A stretch of 64,000 nucleotides of DNA from Bacteroidota bacterium (GTDB lineage Bacteria > Bacteroidota > Ignavibacteria > Kryptoniales > JAKASW01): NCBI GenBank assembly GCA_023381615.1, contig JAMCQL010000014.1, positions 16,569-80,568 of the forward strand. Direction: 5' to 3'. The notes under the pieces were generated by a model. It had not been told where the DNA came from. It saw only the letters and a list, made by a program, of their open reading frames with translations, and searched no databases. Made by a program: the position numbers and the translations under genes. Below are positions 10,579-19,111 of this stretch, in pieces; the stretch's first letter is position 1; each line of letters opens with the position of its first letter.

Positions 10579-11013
10579 ATGACAACGGGGAAACTCTTGA
10601 AGATTGGGGAAGTTGCAAAGCGGTTAGGTGTTGCAGTGTCAACGGTACGAAAGTATGAGGCTGCTGGAATTGTCTTGCCCGTCCGTACGGCAGGCAAACA
10701 CAGGCTTTTCTCGGAAGATGACATTTACTGGTTGGGATGCGTGCGAGATTTGATCACACGTAAAGGCATGACTTTAGAGGCGATCAGAAGAATGGTTTCC
10801 ATGGTGCCCTGCTGGGAAATGCGAAAGTGTCCGATGGAAGAAAGGCTAAAGTGTCCTGCATATACGAATGATTCGGCACCTTGTTGGCTGCTCCACGGCA
10901 CTAGATTCGATTGTTCGACTGCGGATTGTCGGACTTGCGTTGTTTACAAAAGCGTTACTCACTGTGAAAATCTTAAAGTACTTCTTACTGAACTTGTTTA
11001 CTCGAAGGACTAG
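10579..11013 (+). CDS. MerR-family regulator with a duplicated P-C-W Cys-rich C-terminal module
   Basis: N-terminal HTH is IGEVAKRLGVAVSTVRKYE. The C-terminus reads VPCWEMRKCPMEERLKCPAYTNDSAPCWLLHGTRFDCSTADCRTCVVYK. The start is preceded by AGGAGG. Confidence 0.8.
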   Translation: MTTGKLLKIGEVAKRLGVAVSTVRKYEAAGIVLPVRTAGKHRLFSEDDIYWLGCVRDLITRKGMTLEAIRRMVSMVPCWEMRKCPMEERLKCPAYTNDSAPCWLLHGTRFDCSTADCRTCVVYKSVTHCENLKVLLTELVYSKD

Positions 11014-11015
11014 GA

Positions 11016-12020
11016 ATGCAAAAAGTAATCACATTAATATTTTTCTTTCTTACACTCTTGGTTAGTGCTTCTGCCGGCATTTATCAAGCTCAGAAGTTTC
11101 CACTTGGCGTTGACAACACTCAGCGCTGCTTGAGATGTCATGGGATGCACAATTTCACTTATGTTGATAGCTCTAAGACTTTAGTTAATCTCACTGTTGA
11201 TTCGACAATTTTCTTCTCATCCGTTCACGGAAAACTCCAATGCCAGTCGTGTCATCCCGGAATAACTGAGTATCCTCACAATCTTTTGGCGGCAGGAAAA
11301 ACGACTTGCGCTTCCGAGTGCCACGCAACGAAAGAAGGCAAACCTTACGATCACAAAACCGTCTACGAAACTTTCTTACACAGTGTTCACGGAAAAAGTC
11401 TTACCGGTAAGGATCCGGACGCACCGACTTGTCTAACGTGTCACGGAGGAAGTGCACACGTGGTGCAGCCTGTCAAAAAGGTGATGAAGGTGGACGAGAA
11501 GATGGCACTGTGCGTTTCGTGTCACAGCAATCGTGAGATGATGGTCAAGCACAAGGTCGATCCTAATGCTGTTAGCTCGTATGAAAGAAGTTTCCATTGG
11601 AAAGCGATCCATTATGGATATGACAAGACTGCGGTTTGCGAAAATTGTCATACGAGCCACTCGGTTCTGCCGCCTGAGAACCCGTATTCCACAGTGAACA
11701 CGGCAAATCTTGAAAAGACTTGCGGACAGACCAATTGTCATCCGGGTGCAAAAATGAACTTTGCTATGTCAAATGCAAACCACCTCGAGTTTATGGTGGA
11801 AAAGAAACCAGTCCTTCGATACGAGGAGAAATTTTTTTATGTCTTGACGGACGGCACTTTAATGATGCTTGCGGTAGGAATTGTGCTTGATGTTCAGCGG
11901 AAATTTGGCTGGATCTTTTTGATCAAGAGATTGTTCGTTTGGCTTGATAGAAAGACAGACCAGCTTGGGAACATGATCGTGAAAGTCTTGAAATTCATAA
12001 AAAAAGTATTAGTGGATTGA
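11016..12020 (+). CDS. membrane-anchored multihaem c-type cytochrome
   Basis: Has a signal/anchor sequence and five CXXCH motifs (CLRCH, CQSCH, CLTCH, CVSCH, CENCH). It also has CASECH and CGQTNCH variants and a C-terminal hydrophobic helix. Confidence 0.8.
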   Translation: MQKVITLIFFFLTLLVSASAGIYQAQKFPLGVDNTQRCLRCHGMHNFTYVDSSKTLVNLTVDSTIFFSSVHGKLQCQSCHPGITEYPHNLLAAGKTTCASECHATKEGKPYDHKTVYETFLHSVHGKSLTGKDPDAPTCLTCHGGSAHVVQPVKKVMKVDEKMALCVSCHSNREMMVKHKVDPNAVSSYERSFHWKAIHYGYDKTAVCENCHTSHSVLPPENPYSTVNTANLEKTCGQTNCHPGAKMNFAMSNANHLEFMVEKKPVLRYEEKFFYVLTDGTLMMLAVGIVLDVQRKFGWIFLIKRLFVWLDRKTDQLGNMIVKVLKFIKKVLVD

Positions 12021-12028
12021 GGTTCACC

Positions 12029-12799
12029 ATGAAAGAAAACAAACAAAAAGAGAATCAAGAATACTTTGTAAGATTAAACTTATTCCAGAGAATTCAGCAC
12101 TGGATGCTGCTAGGCAGTTTTATCCTTCTCGCTGTCACCGGACTTCCAATGAGGTTCCCGGATGTCCGATGGCTTGGATTTGTCTATCGTCTTGTCGGCG
12201 GGTTGGAAGTAGCCCGAACAATTCACCGGATTGCAGCCGTGATTATGATTGTTGGTGGGCTTATTCATTTAGGCTACATACTCTATTTACTCAAGAAGAA
12301 CAACTTCAAAATCCTTAAGGCTTGGCCCATGATACCTACATGGAAAGATGCGGTCGACTGGTGGAAGACGTCGCTTTACTATTTTGGGTTGAGGGACAGT
12401 CTTCCTCAGTATGATCGTTTCAATTTCCGTGAGAAGTTCGATTACTTTGCTGTGTTCTGGGGATTGCCGGTTATGATGCTTTCCGGATTAGTTCTCTGGT
12501 TCCCAGTCTTTTTTGGAAACCATCTTCCAAATCTTGCGATTGACATTGCATATATCGCCCACAGCGATGAGGCAATTCTCGCAATCTCGGCAATTGTACT
12601 CTGGCATTTTTACAACGTGCATTACGATCCCGACAAGTTTCCAATGAGCTGGATATGGTGGCACGGTAAGATCTCAAAAGAAGAAATAAAAAAAGAACAC
12701 CCACTTGAGTATCAAAGACTTATTTTGTCTGATATTGCCGACAACTCAATCAGCAACAAGCAATCCTTAGAAATAAATCCAAAACAAAACAAAAGATGA
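12029..12799 (+). CDS. integral-membrane b-type cytochrome subunit (FdhC/PhsC/hydrogenase cyt b-like)
   Basis: Multiple TM helices carry conserved His residues (RIQHWMLL, TIHRIAAV, IAHSDEA, LWHFYNVH). I chose the ATG at 12029 after GAGG; a TTG at 12017 is also possible. Confidence 0.65.
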   Translation: MKENKQKENQEYFVRLNLFQRIQHWMLLGSFILLAVTGLPMRFPDVRWLGFVYRLVGGLEVARTIHRIAAVIMIVGGLIHLGYILYLLKKNNFKILKAWPMIPTWKDAVDWWKTSLYYFGLRDSLPQYDRFNFREKFDYFAVFWGLPVMMLSGLVLWFPVFFGNHLPNLAIDIAYIAHSDEAILAISAIVLWHFYNVHYDPDKFPMSWIWWHGKISKEEIKKEHPLEYQRLILSDIADNSISNKQSLEINPKQNKR

Positions 12800-12843
12800 T
12801 TACTTATTCAAAAAAACTCTTTCAATTGGAGGTTAGTTACGCA

Positions 12844-14862
12844 ATGTCTTCCTCAAAAAAGAAACGCTGGATAATTCGAATAGCTGGACTGGTAATAGTC
12901 CTTGCGCTGTTCGTGTACTTTGATTGGTCGAACCTGCTAAACCTGATTGTCCCTTACAATGTACGCACCGGTGAAGTTGACTATTCATCACATCCGGTTA
13001 GTAATGCTCAGTTTGAACAAATAGCGCAATCTCTCCTTAATTCAAAATTTGATTACCAGACGATTGATTCGTCGGCGTTGTCAAACTCTGTATATAAACA
13101 GGTTGCACGGACTCTCGCTGAAAATCACCTTCCCTCGTTATACCAAAAAATCGGCTTGAACCACATTGACTATTTTCGTAAAGCCGGCATTCGAGAATAT
13201 GACGGCCCAAAAACTTGCTTGAAATGTCATTCGACAATCCAGGTAAAGAACAGCCACGGCAGTTATGACAAGGTAAGTCTGAAAGAAGACGTTCTTTCGA
13301 GCGTTCATTTCAGGCTGAACATGTGGCATGGTTTCAGCACTGTTGGTTTTGACGGCAGACCGGTTAAAGATATTCCCTTGGGAAAGATCGACCGTGCTTG
13401 TGGAATACCGGGAAGTTTTACGTGGGTGGCATGGGCTGCCTTAGTTAAAACAAAAAACGGGGAAACCAGAAGCGATGGATGCGGCCAGTGCCATATTGGC
13501 GGAAATTACGGTCCGCCTACCGGAACTATGCTGCCGGGTTACAAGCCGACTGATGATGAATTCAATTCTATAGATTGCCTGATTTGTCACTCGCAGTCAT
13601 ACGACATGAATCAGCTTTATGTTGTCAAAGATCCGAATGGCAAACTCCGTTGGCATCAGGATAGAAGTCTTGAAGCTGCAATGTCAGTTACAAAGCCGAC
13701 GAACAACACTTGCTTGCGATGTCATCAACATAATTTCGGCGGCGACCTCTATCCGGGAAATGTTGCAGCACATGAACTTGGGTATAAAAATCCTCGACTT
13801 CTTCACCCGGGCGCAAAGAGAGGTACGCCATTTGGCATCGAGGATGTTCACTATAGAGCTGGTGTTCAATGTCTCGATTGCCACGAAGCCCACGGACACA
13901 AGATCGCGCGCGGCGATATGGGGACCGACCTGATCGACAACGATCTACCCGGCGTCAAGGTAAGCTGCACAAAGTGTCACGGGGACTCTCCGCACATTCA
14001 GAATCCCGTTACCCGCGCATTCTTGAATGCTCACACCGATAAGATTGCTTGCGAGACTTGCCACATCCCAAGCCTGCGGCCAGAAAACGTTGTGCTGCGA
14101 GACTGGGCAGATCCGGTATTCAGCGATGAGGAGCAACTTTACGTTTACCGTGACGTGCTTCGTTCGGGCGCTCCTGATACAGCGATCGTTTATAAGTGGT
14201 GGAACGGCTGGGGAACGTTCATGGCAGGTGCTCTCGGAGATAATCCGAATGGACTTCATACTTACTATGCCTTCACCACTCATCCCGATTCAGCGTTCAA
14301 GAACTTCAACTATAAGGCATACTACGACAGCGTGCTGAGACCTGTTGCCGATCTTGGCAAGTCGAAGATCTATCCGTTCAAGAGATTCAATGCCAAGATG
14401 TACGAGGATATGGACAATCAGGGGCCTTTCGGCGGAATGATCCTTCCATTCGACTACCCAACTTATTATGAAACGGGCGACGCAAAAAAATCAGTCGAAG
14501 TGGCGCTTCAGCAGCCGATCATGAAAGAACTCTACGGTTCAATGTTCAAGTACTATATTATGGACGACTACATGCATTACATGGACATCGAGAAAGGCTG
14601 GACGATTCCATTTACGAACAACATTGAAGCGAAGTGGATGAGACAGGATGCAACCCTTATGTTGAACCATTACATCAGAAAGAGTCAAGCTCTACAGTGT
14701 CAGCAGTGTCATGCTCCTGTAGGAAAGGGAATCATGCCTTTTGAAGAATTAGGTTATCCGCCGGCTCGCGTGAAGGACCTTAGAAATCTTCCGGAGCTTA
14801 AGTTCGTTCTTCCGCTTGAAAAAGCTGAGCAGTTGCGAAATGCAAAGGTGACTGCCAAGTAG
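12844..14862 (+). CDS. octahaem c-type cytochrome, N-terminally anchored
   Basis: Eight CXXCH motifs (CLKCH, CGQCH, CLICH, CLRCH, CLDCH, CTKCH, CETCH, CQQCH). The ATG at 12844 follows GGAGG. TM helix WIIRIAGLVIVLALFVYF. Confidence 0.8.
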   Translation: MSSSKKKRWIIRIAGLVIVLALFVYFDWSNLLNLIVPYNVRTGEVDYSSHPVSNAQFEQIAQSLLNSKFDYQTIDSSALSNSVYKQVARTLAENHLPSLYQKIGLNHIDYFRKAGIREYDGPKTCLKCHSTIQVKNSHGSYDKVSLKEDVLSSVHFRLNMWHGFSTVGFDGRPVKDIPLGKIDRACGIPGSFTWVAWAALVKTKNGETRSDGCGQCHIGGNYGPPTGTMLPGYKPTDDEFNSIDCLICHSQSYDMNQLYVVKDPNGKLRWHQDRSLEAAMSVTKPTNNTCLRCHQHNFGGDLYPGNVAAHELGYKNPRLLHPGAKRGTPFGIEDVHYRAGVQCLDCHEAHGHKIARGDMGTDLIDNDLPGVKVSCTKCHGDSPHIQNPVTRAFLNAHTDKIACETCHIPSLRPENVVLRDWADPVFSDEEQLYVYRDVLRSGAPDTAIVYKWWNGWGTFMAGALGDNPNGLHTYYAFTTHPDSAFKNFNYKAYYDSVLRPVADLGKSKIYPFKRFNAKMYEDMDNQGPFGGMILPFDYPTYYETGDAKKSVEVALQQPIMKELYGSMFKYYIMDDYMHYMDIEKGWTIPFTNNIEAKWMRQDATLMLNHYIRKSQALQCQQCHAPVGKGIMPFEELGYPPARVKDLRNLPELKFVLPLEKAEQLRNAKVTAK

Positions 14863-14882
14863 AAATAAAATTCAGTAAGATC

Positions 14883-14923
14883 AAAAAAAGCGGCGTGGAG
14901 CTAACCTTCATGCCGCTTTTTTT
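14883..14923 (+). terminator. Rho-independent terminator of the cytochrome operon
   Basis: AAAAAAAGCGGC...GCCGCTTTTTTT stem-loop with a T-run, 21 nt after the stop. Confidence 0.8.
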
Positions 14924-15455
14924 GTTTTGATGGGTCGTGAGTTTATACTGTTTTTCCAAGCGCCAAACATCAGTAGAGTCCGATTCTCAATCGGACGCTA
15001 TTTCCCCCTCACTCCAGCACTTAGAAACGTTCGTTAGCTTTTACTTGGGTTGTCCCAAAAGGTCTGAAAATGTCGTTGCAGGATGTCCCGATTTTTCCGA
15101 ATTTATAGCGAGCTTCGCGCTAGGATCTCGTCTCAGCGAGCCTGTTGCCTTTAGATTTGTAATCGGGCTCTACATATTTTGTCTTGGGACAAACCGCACC
15201 AGCCGAATTTGGTAAATCGCCACGTTCTGAAGCTTACATATCTCGTGTCATAGTGATCGTCCGAAAGAGGGAGATCGCCGGTTGGAGAATATATCTAACT
15301 AATTGTCATTCCAAGAGTCATACAACCGCTTCTCTTTCTCTTGCTTCCGCCCTAACCGCACCATCAATTTGGTTTGGCACGACTGTTGATGCTACATTAG
15401 CGAATGTAGGTTATATGTAGCAGATATTGTAGAAAACATCAAAAGAAAGATCAGT

Positions 15456-15932
15456 ATGCAGACAGACTTGGGAGTTTACGATCCGGTCTTGACAATTGGG
15501 ACAGTTGCGAAGATGCTTGATATTGCGGTTCAGACGATAAGGATGTACGAGCAGGAGGGGCTGATTATAGCCTACAAGACTGAGGGCGGGCACCGGATGT
15601 ATTCGCTGCATGATGTGGAAAGACTTCGATGCATCAGGAAGATGATTACGGAGCATGGGCTGAACATCAACGGGATTAGGAAAATGATGTCTCTAGTTCC
15701 TTGTTGGGGCTTCAAAGGAGGACTGGATGATGAATGCAGACAATGTCCTGTGTACTATGACGCCGAAGGCCCATGCTGGGCGCAAAAGAATGTCGGGTCA
15801 AAGTGCCGGCTGGCAGATTGCAGATCTTGCCCCGTCTACAGAATTGAGTTTAACTGCACTACAATAAAGGAAGTCGTTTTTGGACATAAAAGAGATATAA
15901 AACCACTTTCAAATCAAGAACAAAAAAAGTAA
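15456..15932 (+). CDS. MerR-family regulator, paralog with the same P-C-W Cys-rich module
   Basis: HTH is IGTVAKMLDIAVQTIRMYE. The C-terminus reads VPCWGFKGGLDDECRQCPVYYDAEGPCWAQKNVGSKCRLADCRSCPVYR and aligns without gaps to 10579..11013. Confidence 0.8.
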   Translation: MQTDLGVYDPVLTIGTVAKMLDIAVQTIRMYEQEGLIIAYKTEGGHRMYSLHDVERLRCIRKMITEHGLNINGIRKMMSLVPCWGFKGGLDDECRQCPVYYDAEGPCWAQKNVGSKCRLADCRSCPVYRIEFNCTTIKEVVFGHKRDIKPLSNQEQKK

Positions 15933-15943
15933 ATGAGGAAATT

Positions 15944-17182
15944 ATGAAAAAACTTGTGATTCTCGGAGCGGGCACAGCAGGAACCATCATGCTCAACAAA
16001 TTGTCTGCTGCGCTTGACAAAAAGGAATGGCAAATAACGATTGTGGATCAAAACGAGACGCACTATTATCAGCCAGGCTTTCTCTTCATACCCTTTGGAA
16101 TTTATACGCGAGACGATGTTATCAAACCGAGGCGCGACTTCTTTCCGTCCGGCACTGAAGTCATCATTTCTCCTATCGAGTTAATTCTCCCGGCGGAAAA
16201 TAAAGTCAAACTTGCCAACGGGAAAGTTCTTAACTATGATTACTTGATAATTGCGACCGGCACCCAGATCCGTCCCGAAGAGCTGGATGGCTTGACAGGT
16301 GACGGATGGAGACAAAACATTTTCGACTTCTACACGGTTGATGGTGCTGTGGCGCTGAGCAACTTTTTGAAATACTGGAAAGGCGGCAAGATGGTGCTAA
16401 ACATCGTGGAGATGCCGATAAAGTGTCCGGTCGCACCTCTTGAATTCGTATTCCTGGCTGATTGGTGGTTTACTGAACAAGGGATCCGGGACAAAGTTGA
16501 GATCGAGTATGTAACACCATTGCCAGGTGCATTCACAAAGCCGATCGCATCAAAGTTTCTCGGCCAGTTTCTTGAAAAGAAAAATATCAATTTGACCACC
16601 GATTTTAGTACAGGCAAAGTTGACAGCGGAAACAATAAAATCGTTTCATGGGACGGGAAAGAGATTTCCTACGATCTGTTGGTTACGATTCCGACCAACA
16701 TGGGTTCAGATCTGATTGCACGTTCCGGCATGGGAGACGATTTGAATTACGTCCCGACAGATCCCAAAACGCTCCAGTCAAAGAATTACGAAAACGTTTT
16801 TGTGATTGGCGACGCGGTCGACTTGCCTACATCGAAAGCAGGTTCGGTTGCGCACTTCGAAGCCGAGATACTTTTCGAAAATTTCCTGAGAAAGATTGAA
16901 GGACGGAAACTTGAACCCAAATTCGATGGGCATGCCAACTGCTTCATAGAGTCCGGGTTTGGGAAGGGGATTCTGATCGATTTCAATTATGATGTTGAGC
17001 CTCTGCCGGGCAAGTTTCCTCTTCCGGGCATCGGCCCGTTCTCGCTCCTTCAGGAGACGCGCATGAATCATTGGGGGAAAATGACGTTCCGCTCAGTTTA
17101 TTGGAATCTCCTTTTGAAAGGCGCGGAATTACCTGTTGAATCCCAAATGAACATGGCAGGAAAAATGAGGATGCAGCAATGA
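15944..17182 (+). CDS. FAD-dependent pyridine-nucleotide-disulfide oxidoreductase, sulfide:quinone oxidoreductase-like
   Basis: 412 aa. Has the N-terminal KKLVILGAGTAGT Rossmann motif and VFVIGDAVDLPTSKAG. Confidence 0.7.
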   Translation: MKKLVILGAGTAGTIMLNKLSAALDKKEWQITIVDQNETHYYQPGFLFIPFGIYTRDDVIKPRRDFFPSGTEVIISPIELILPAENKVKLANGKVLNYDYLIIATGTQIRPEELDGLTGDGWRQNIFDFYTVDGAVALSNFLKYWKGGKMVLNIVEMPIKCPVAPLEFVFLADWWFTEQGIRDKVEIEYVTPLPGAFTKPIASKFLGQFLEKKNINLTTDFSTGKVDSGNNKIVSWDGKEISYDLLVTIPTNMGSDLIARSGMGDDLNYVPTDPKTLQSKNYENVFVIGDAVDLPTSKAGSVAHFEAEILFENFLRKIEGRKLEPKFDGHANCFIESGFGKGILIDFNYDVEPLPGKFPLPGIGPFSLLQETRMNHWGKMTFRSVYWNLLLKGAELPVESQMNMAGKMRMQQ

Positions 17183-17898
17183 GCACAGAGTTAATCGAAC
17201 AGCAGTTGGCGGATATTCAGCAAAAGCTGAATTTTATCAGTGAGGAAATGCAGGAATATCGCGCACGTCAACGCGAGTTGCAGGAGTTCAAGAACGATTT
17301 CACACTGATTGCCAAAGATGTTTTCCAGGCAGCGTCGGAAGAACTCGAGGAGGTGGGGAATCACTTTGACACGGCAGACATTCTTCACCTGTTCAAGAAG
17401 CTGCTGAGAAACGTCAGGAATTTGAACAAGATGCTGGATCAGATGGAGAGCGCACAAGATCTCTTCCGCGATGCAGGGCCGCTTGGGAAGATAGTGTTCG
17501 ATGAACTTCTGCATAAACTTGATGAGATGGATAAGAGAGGATACTTCGATTTCCTTCATGAGGCAGGAAAGTTAGTTGACCAGGTCGTTACTTCCTTCAG
17601 TCACGAAGATGTGCGCCTGTTGAGGGAAAACGTCGTTTCCATTCTTTTGACCGTCAAGACCATAACTCAACCAGAAATGTTAGCACTTACGAACAATGCT
17701 GTCGGATTCTTCAAAAAGATGAATGCCGATGTAAGAGAGAATGTTTCTTTCTTTGAGCTTCTGAAAATACTCAGAGACCCGCAAACGAGGCGGGGGATTG
17801 TCTTCATGCTGGAGTTCGTAAGGAAAATGGCGAGCTCCAATGGAGGAACGACTCAAGGGCACATTACAAGCAGTAACTTATTAACCAAAGGAGAATAA
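17179..17898 (+). CDS. DUF1641-like protein (usual partner of SQR-like flavoproteins)
   Basis: 239 aa, helical. The C-terminal LLKILRDPQTRRGIVFMLEFVRKM resembles the DUF1641 signature. It overlaps the upstream gene by 4 nt. Confidence 0.5.
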   Translation: MSTELIEQQLADIQQKLNFISEEMQEYRARQRELQEFKNDFTLIAKDVFQAASEELEEVGNHFDTADILHLFKKLLRNVRNLNKMLDQMESAQDLFRDAGPLGKIVFDELLHKLDEMDKRGYFDFLHEAGKLVDQVVTSFSHEDVRLLRENVVSILLTVKTITQPEMLALTNNAVGFFKKMNADVRENVSFFELLKILRDPQTRRGIVFMLEFVRKMASSNGGTTQGHITSSNLLTKGE

Positions 17899-17900
17899 CC

Positions 17901-18218
17901 ATGGCAATGAAAAATCTGGCGGGAAAAACCGTCGAAGTAAATGATGAAGGCTTTTTGGCAAATCCGAATGATTGGACAGAAGATATGGCGCCAGAGCTGG
18001 CAAAGGAAGAAGGGATAAATACCCTGACCGAACAGCATTTGAAAGTTATACGATTTATGAGACAGGACTACAAAGAGAAAGGACAGATCCCAACGATAAG
18101 GCGCATTAAGAATGCAAGTGGAGTTGGCGTGCAGGATCTTTACGCTCTTTTTCCTGAGGGTCCTGCAAAAAAGGCAGCAAAGATTGCCGGACTTGGTAAA
18201 CCGGTCGGCTGCGTGTGA
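17901..18218 (+). CDS. TusE/DsrC-family sulfur-relay protein (single C-terminal Cys)
   Basis: 105 aa ending ...GLGKPVGCV. Only the penultimate Cys is present, and the second DsrC Cys about 10 residues upstream is absent. Confidence 0.75.
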   Translation: MAMKNLAGKTVEVNDEGFLANPNDWTEDMAPELAKEEGINTLTEQHLKVIRFMRQDYKEKGQIPTIRRIKNASGVGVQDLYALFPEGPAKKAAKIAGLGKPVGCV

Positions 18219-18272
18219 ACTATTCTTTGAAATTTCTAACAAAAATTTATTTATCGGAAAGGAAACTTTAAA

Positions 18273-18743
18273 ATGGCTGAAGAAAAGATCAAAAAAGTCT
18301 CCATTGTTGTTTCTAAAGGATCGCTTGAAGGAATCTATCCCGGTTTGATCATGGCAAATGGGGCAAGGATGGAGGGAATGGAAGCCAACCTGTTCTTCAC
18401 TTTCTTTGGGTTGGAAGCGGTTTTGAAGAACAAGATGGACAAAATAAAAGTCGCAACGGTTGGCAATCCTGCGATGCATCTTCCATCATTGCTAGGCATA
18501 ATTCCCGGGATGTCGGCATTTGCCACTTCCAAGATGAAAAAGGAAATGGAGAAGTTAGACATACCACCTGTCGGAGAATTCATAGAGATGATCCACGATG
18601 CTGGCGCTAAGCTTTACGCATGTAAAGCAACGGTGGAGATGTTTCATCTCACGAAAGATGATTTCTGCGGACAAGTAGAGGCAATTATTCCGGTTGGGAA
18701 ATTTTATGAAGTCTCCGCTGGCGGACAGATAATTTTTACATAA
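18273..18743 (+). CDS. DsrE/DsrF-like (COG2210-type) sulfur-transfer family protein
   Basis: 156 aa. Has KVSIVVSKGSLEG...FFTFFGL...LYACKATVEMF. Confidence 0.65.
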   Translation: MAEEKIKKVSIVVSKGSLEGIYPGLIMANGARMEGMEANLFFTFFGLEAVLKNKMDKIKVATVGNPAMHLPSLLGIIPGMSAFATSKMKKEMEKLDIPPVGEFIEMIHDAGAKLYACKATVEMFHLTKDDFCGQVEAIIPVGKFYEVSAGGQIIFT

Positions 18744-18772
18744 CTGTCAAACGAATACTCAAGTGAAAACAA

Positions 18773-18813
18773 GAAGGCGATGCGGTAATTCCACATCGCC
18801 TTCTCTGTGTTTT
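18773..18813 (+). terminator. Rho-independent terminator of the sulfur operon
   Basis: GAAGGCGATG-N11-CATCGCCTTC followed by TCTGTGTTTT. Confidence 0.75.
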
Positions 18814-19111
18814 AGCTGGACATAGAAACCCCACCGTCTTTTCCCAAAGGACTCGTGCGGAGACGGTGTTTATGTACAAATGGCTTTGTCTGTTTATCGA
18901 CCCTTACTGTCCTCCCCGCAAAGTCGGGACGGGGCTTCTCCCCCTTGTCAAGGGGGAGAAAAAGAGGGGGTTGTCCACGGGATCTCCGCTTACGGAGTCT
19001 TCGACCTGCGGAAAAGAAAGCCGCCGCCTACGGCGGTGGTCGTTTACCTTTCGCTCTATTCTTACAGAATTAGCAGCCGCCAGCCATTTCGATATTATCC
19101 ACATAAGTTTA

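Noticed and set aside
17853-18479. 208-aa ORF antisense to the TusE-like and DsrE-like genes
   Set aside because: It spans two well-supported plus-strand genes and their spacer, and no motifs are recognisable.
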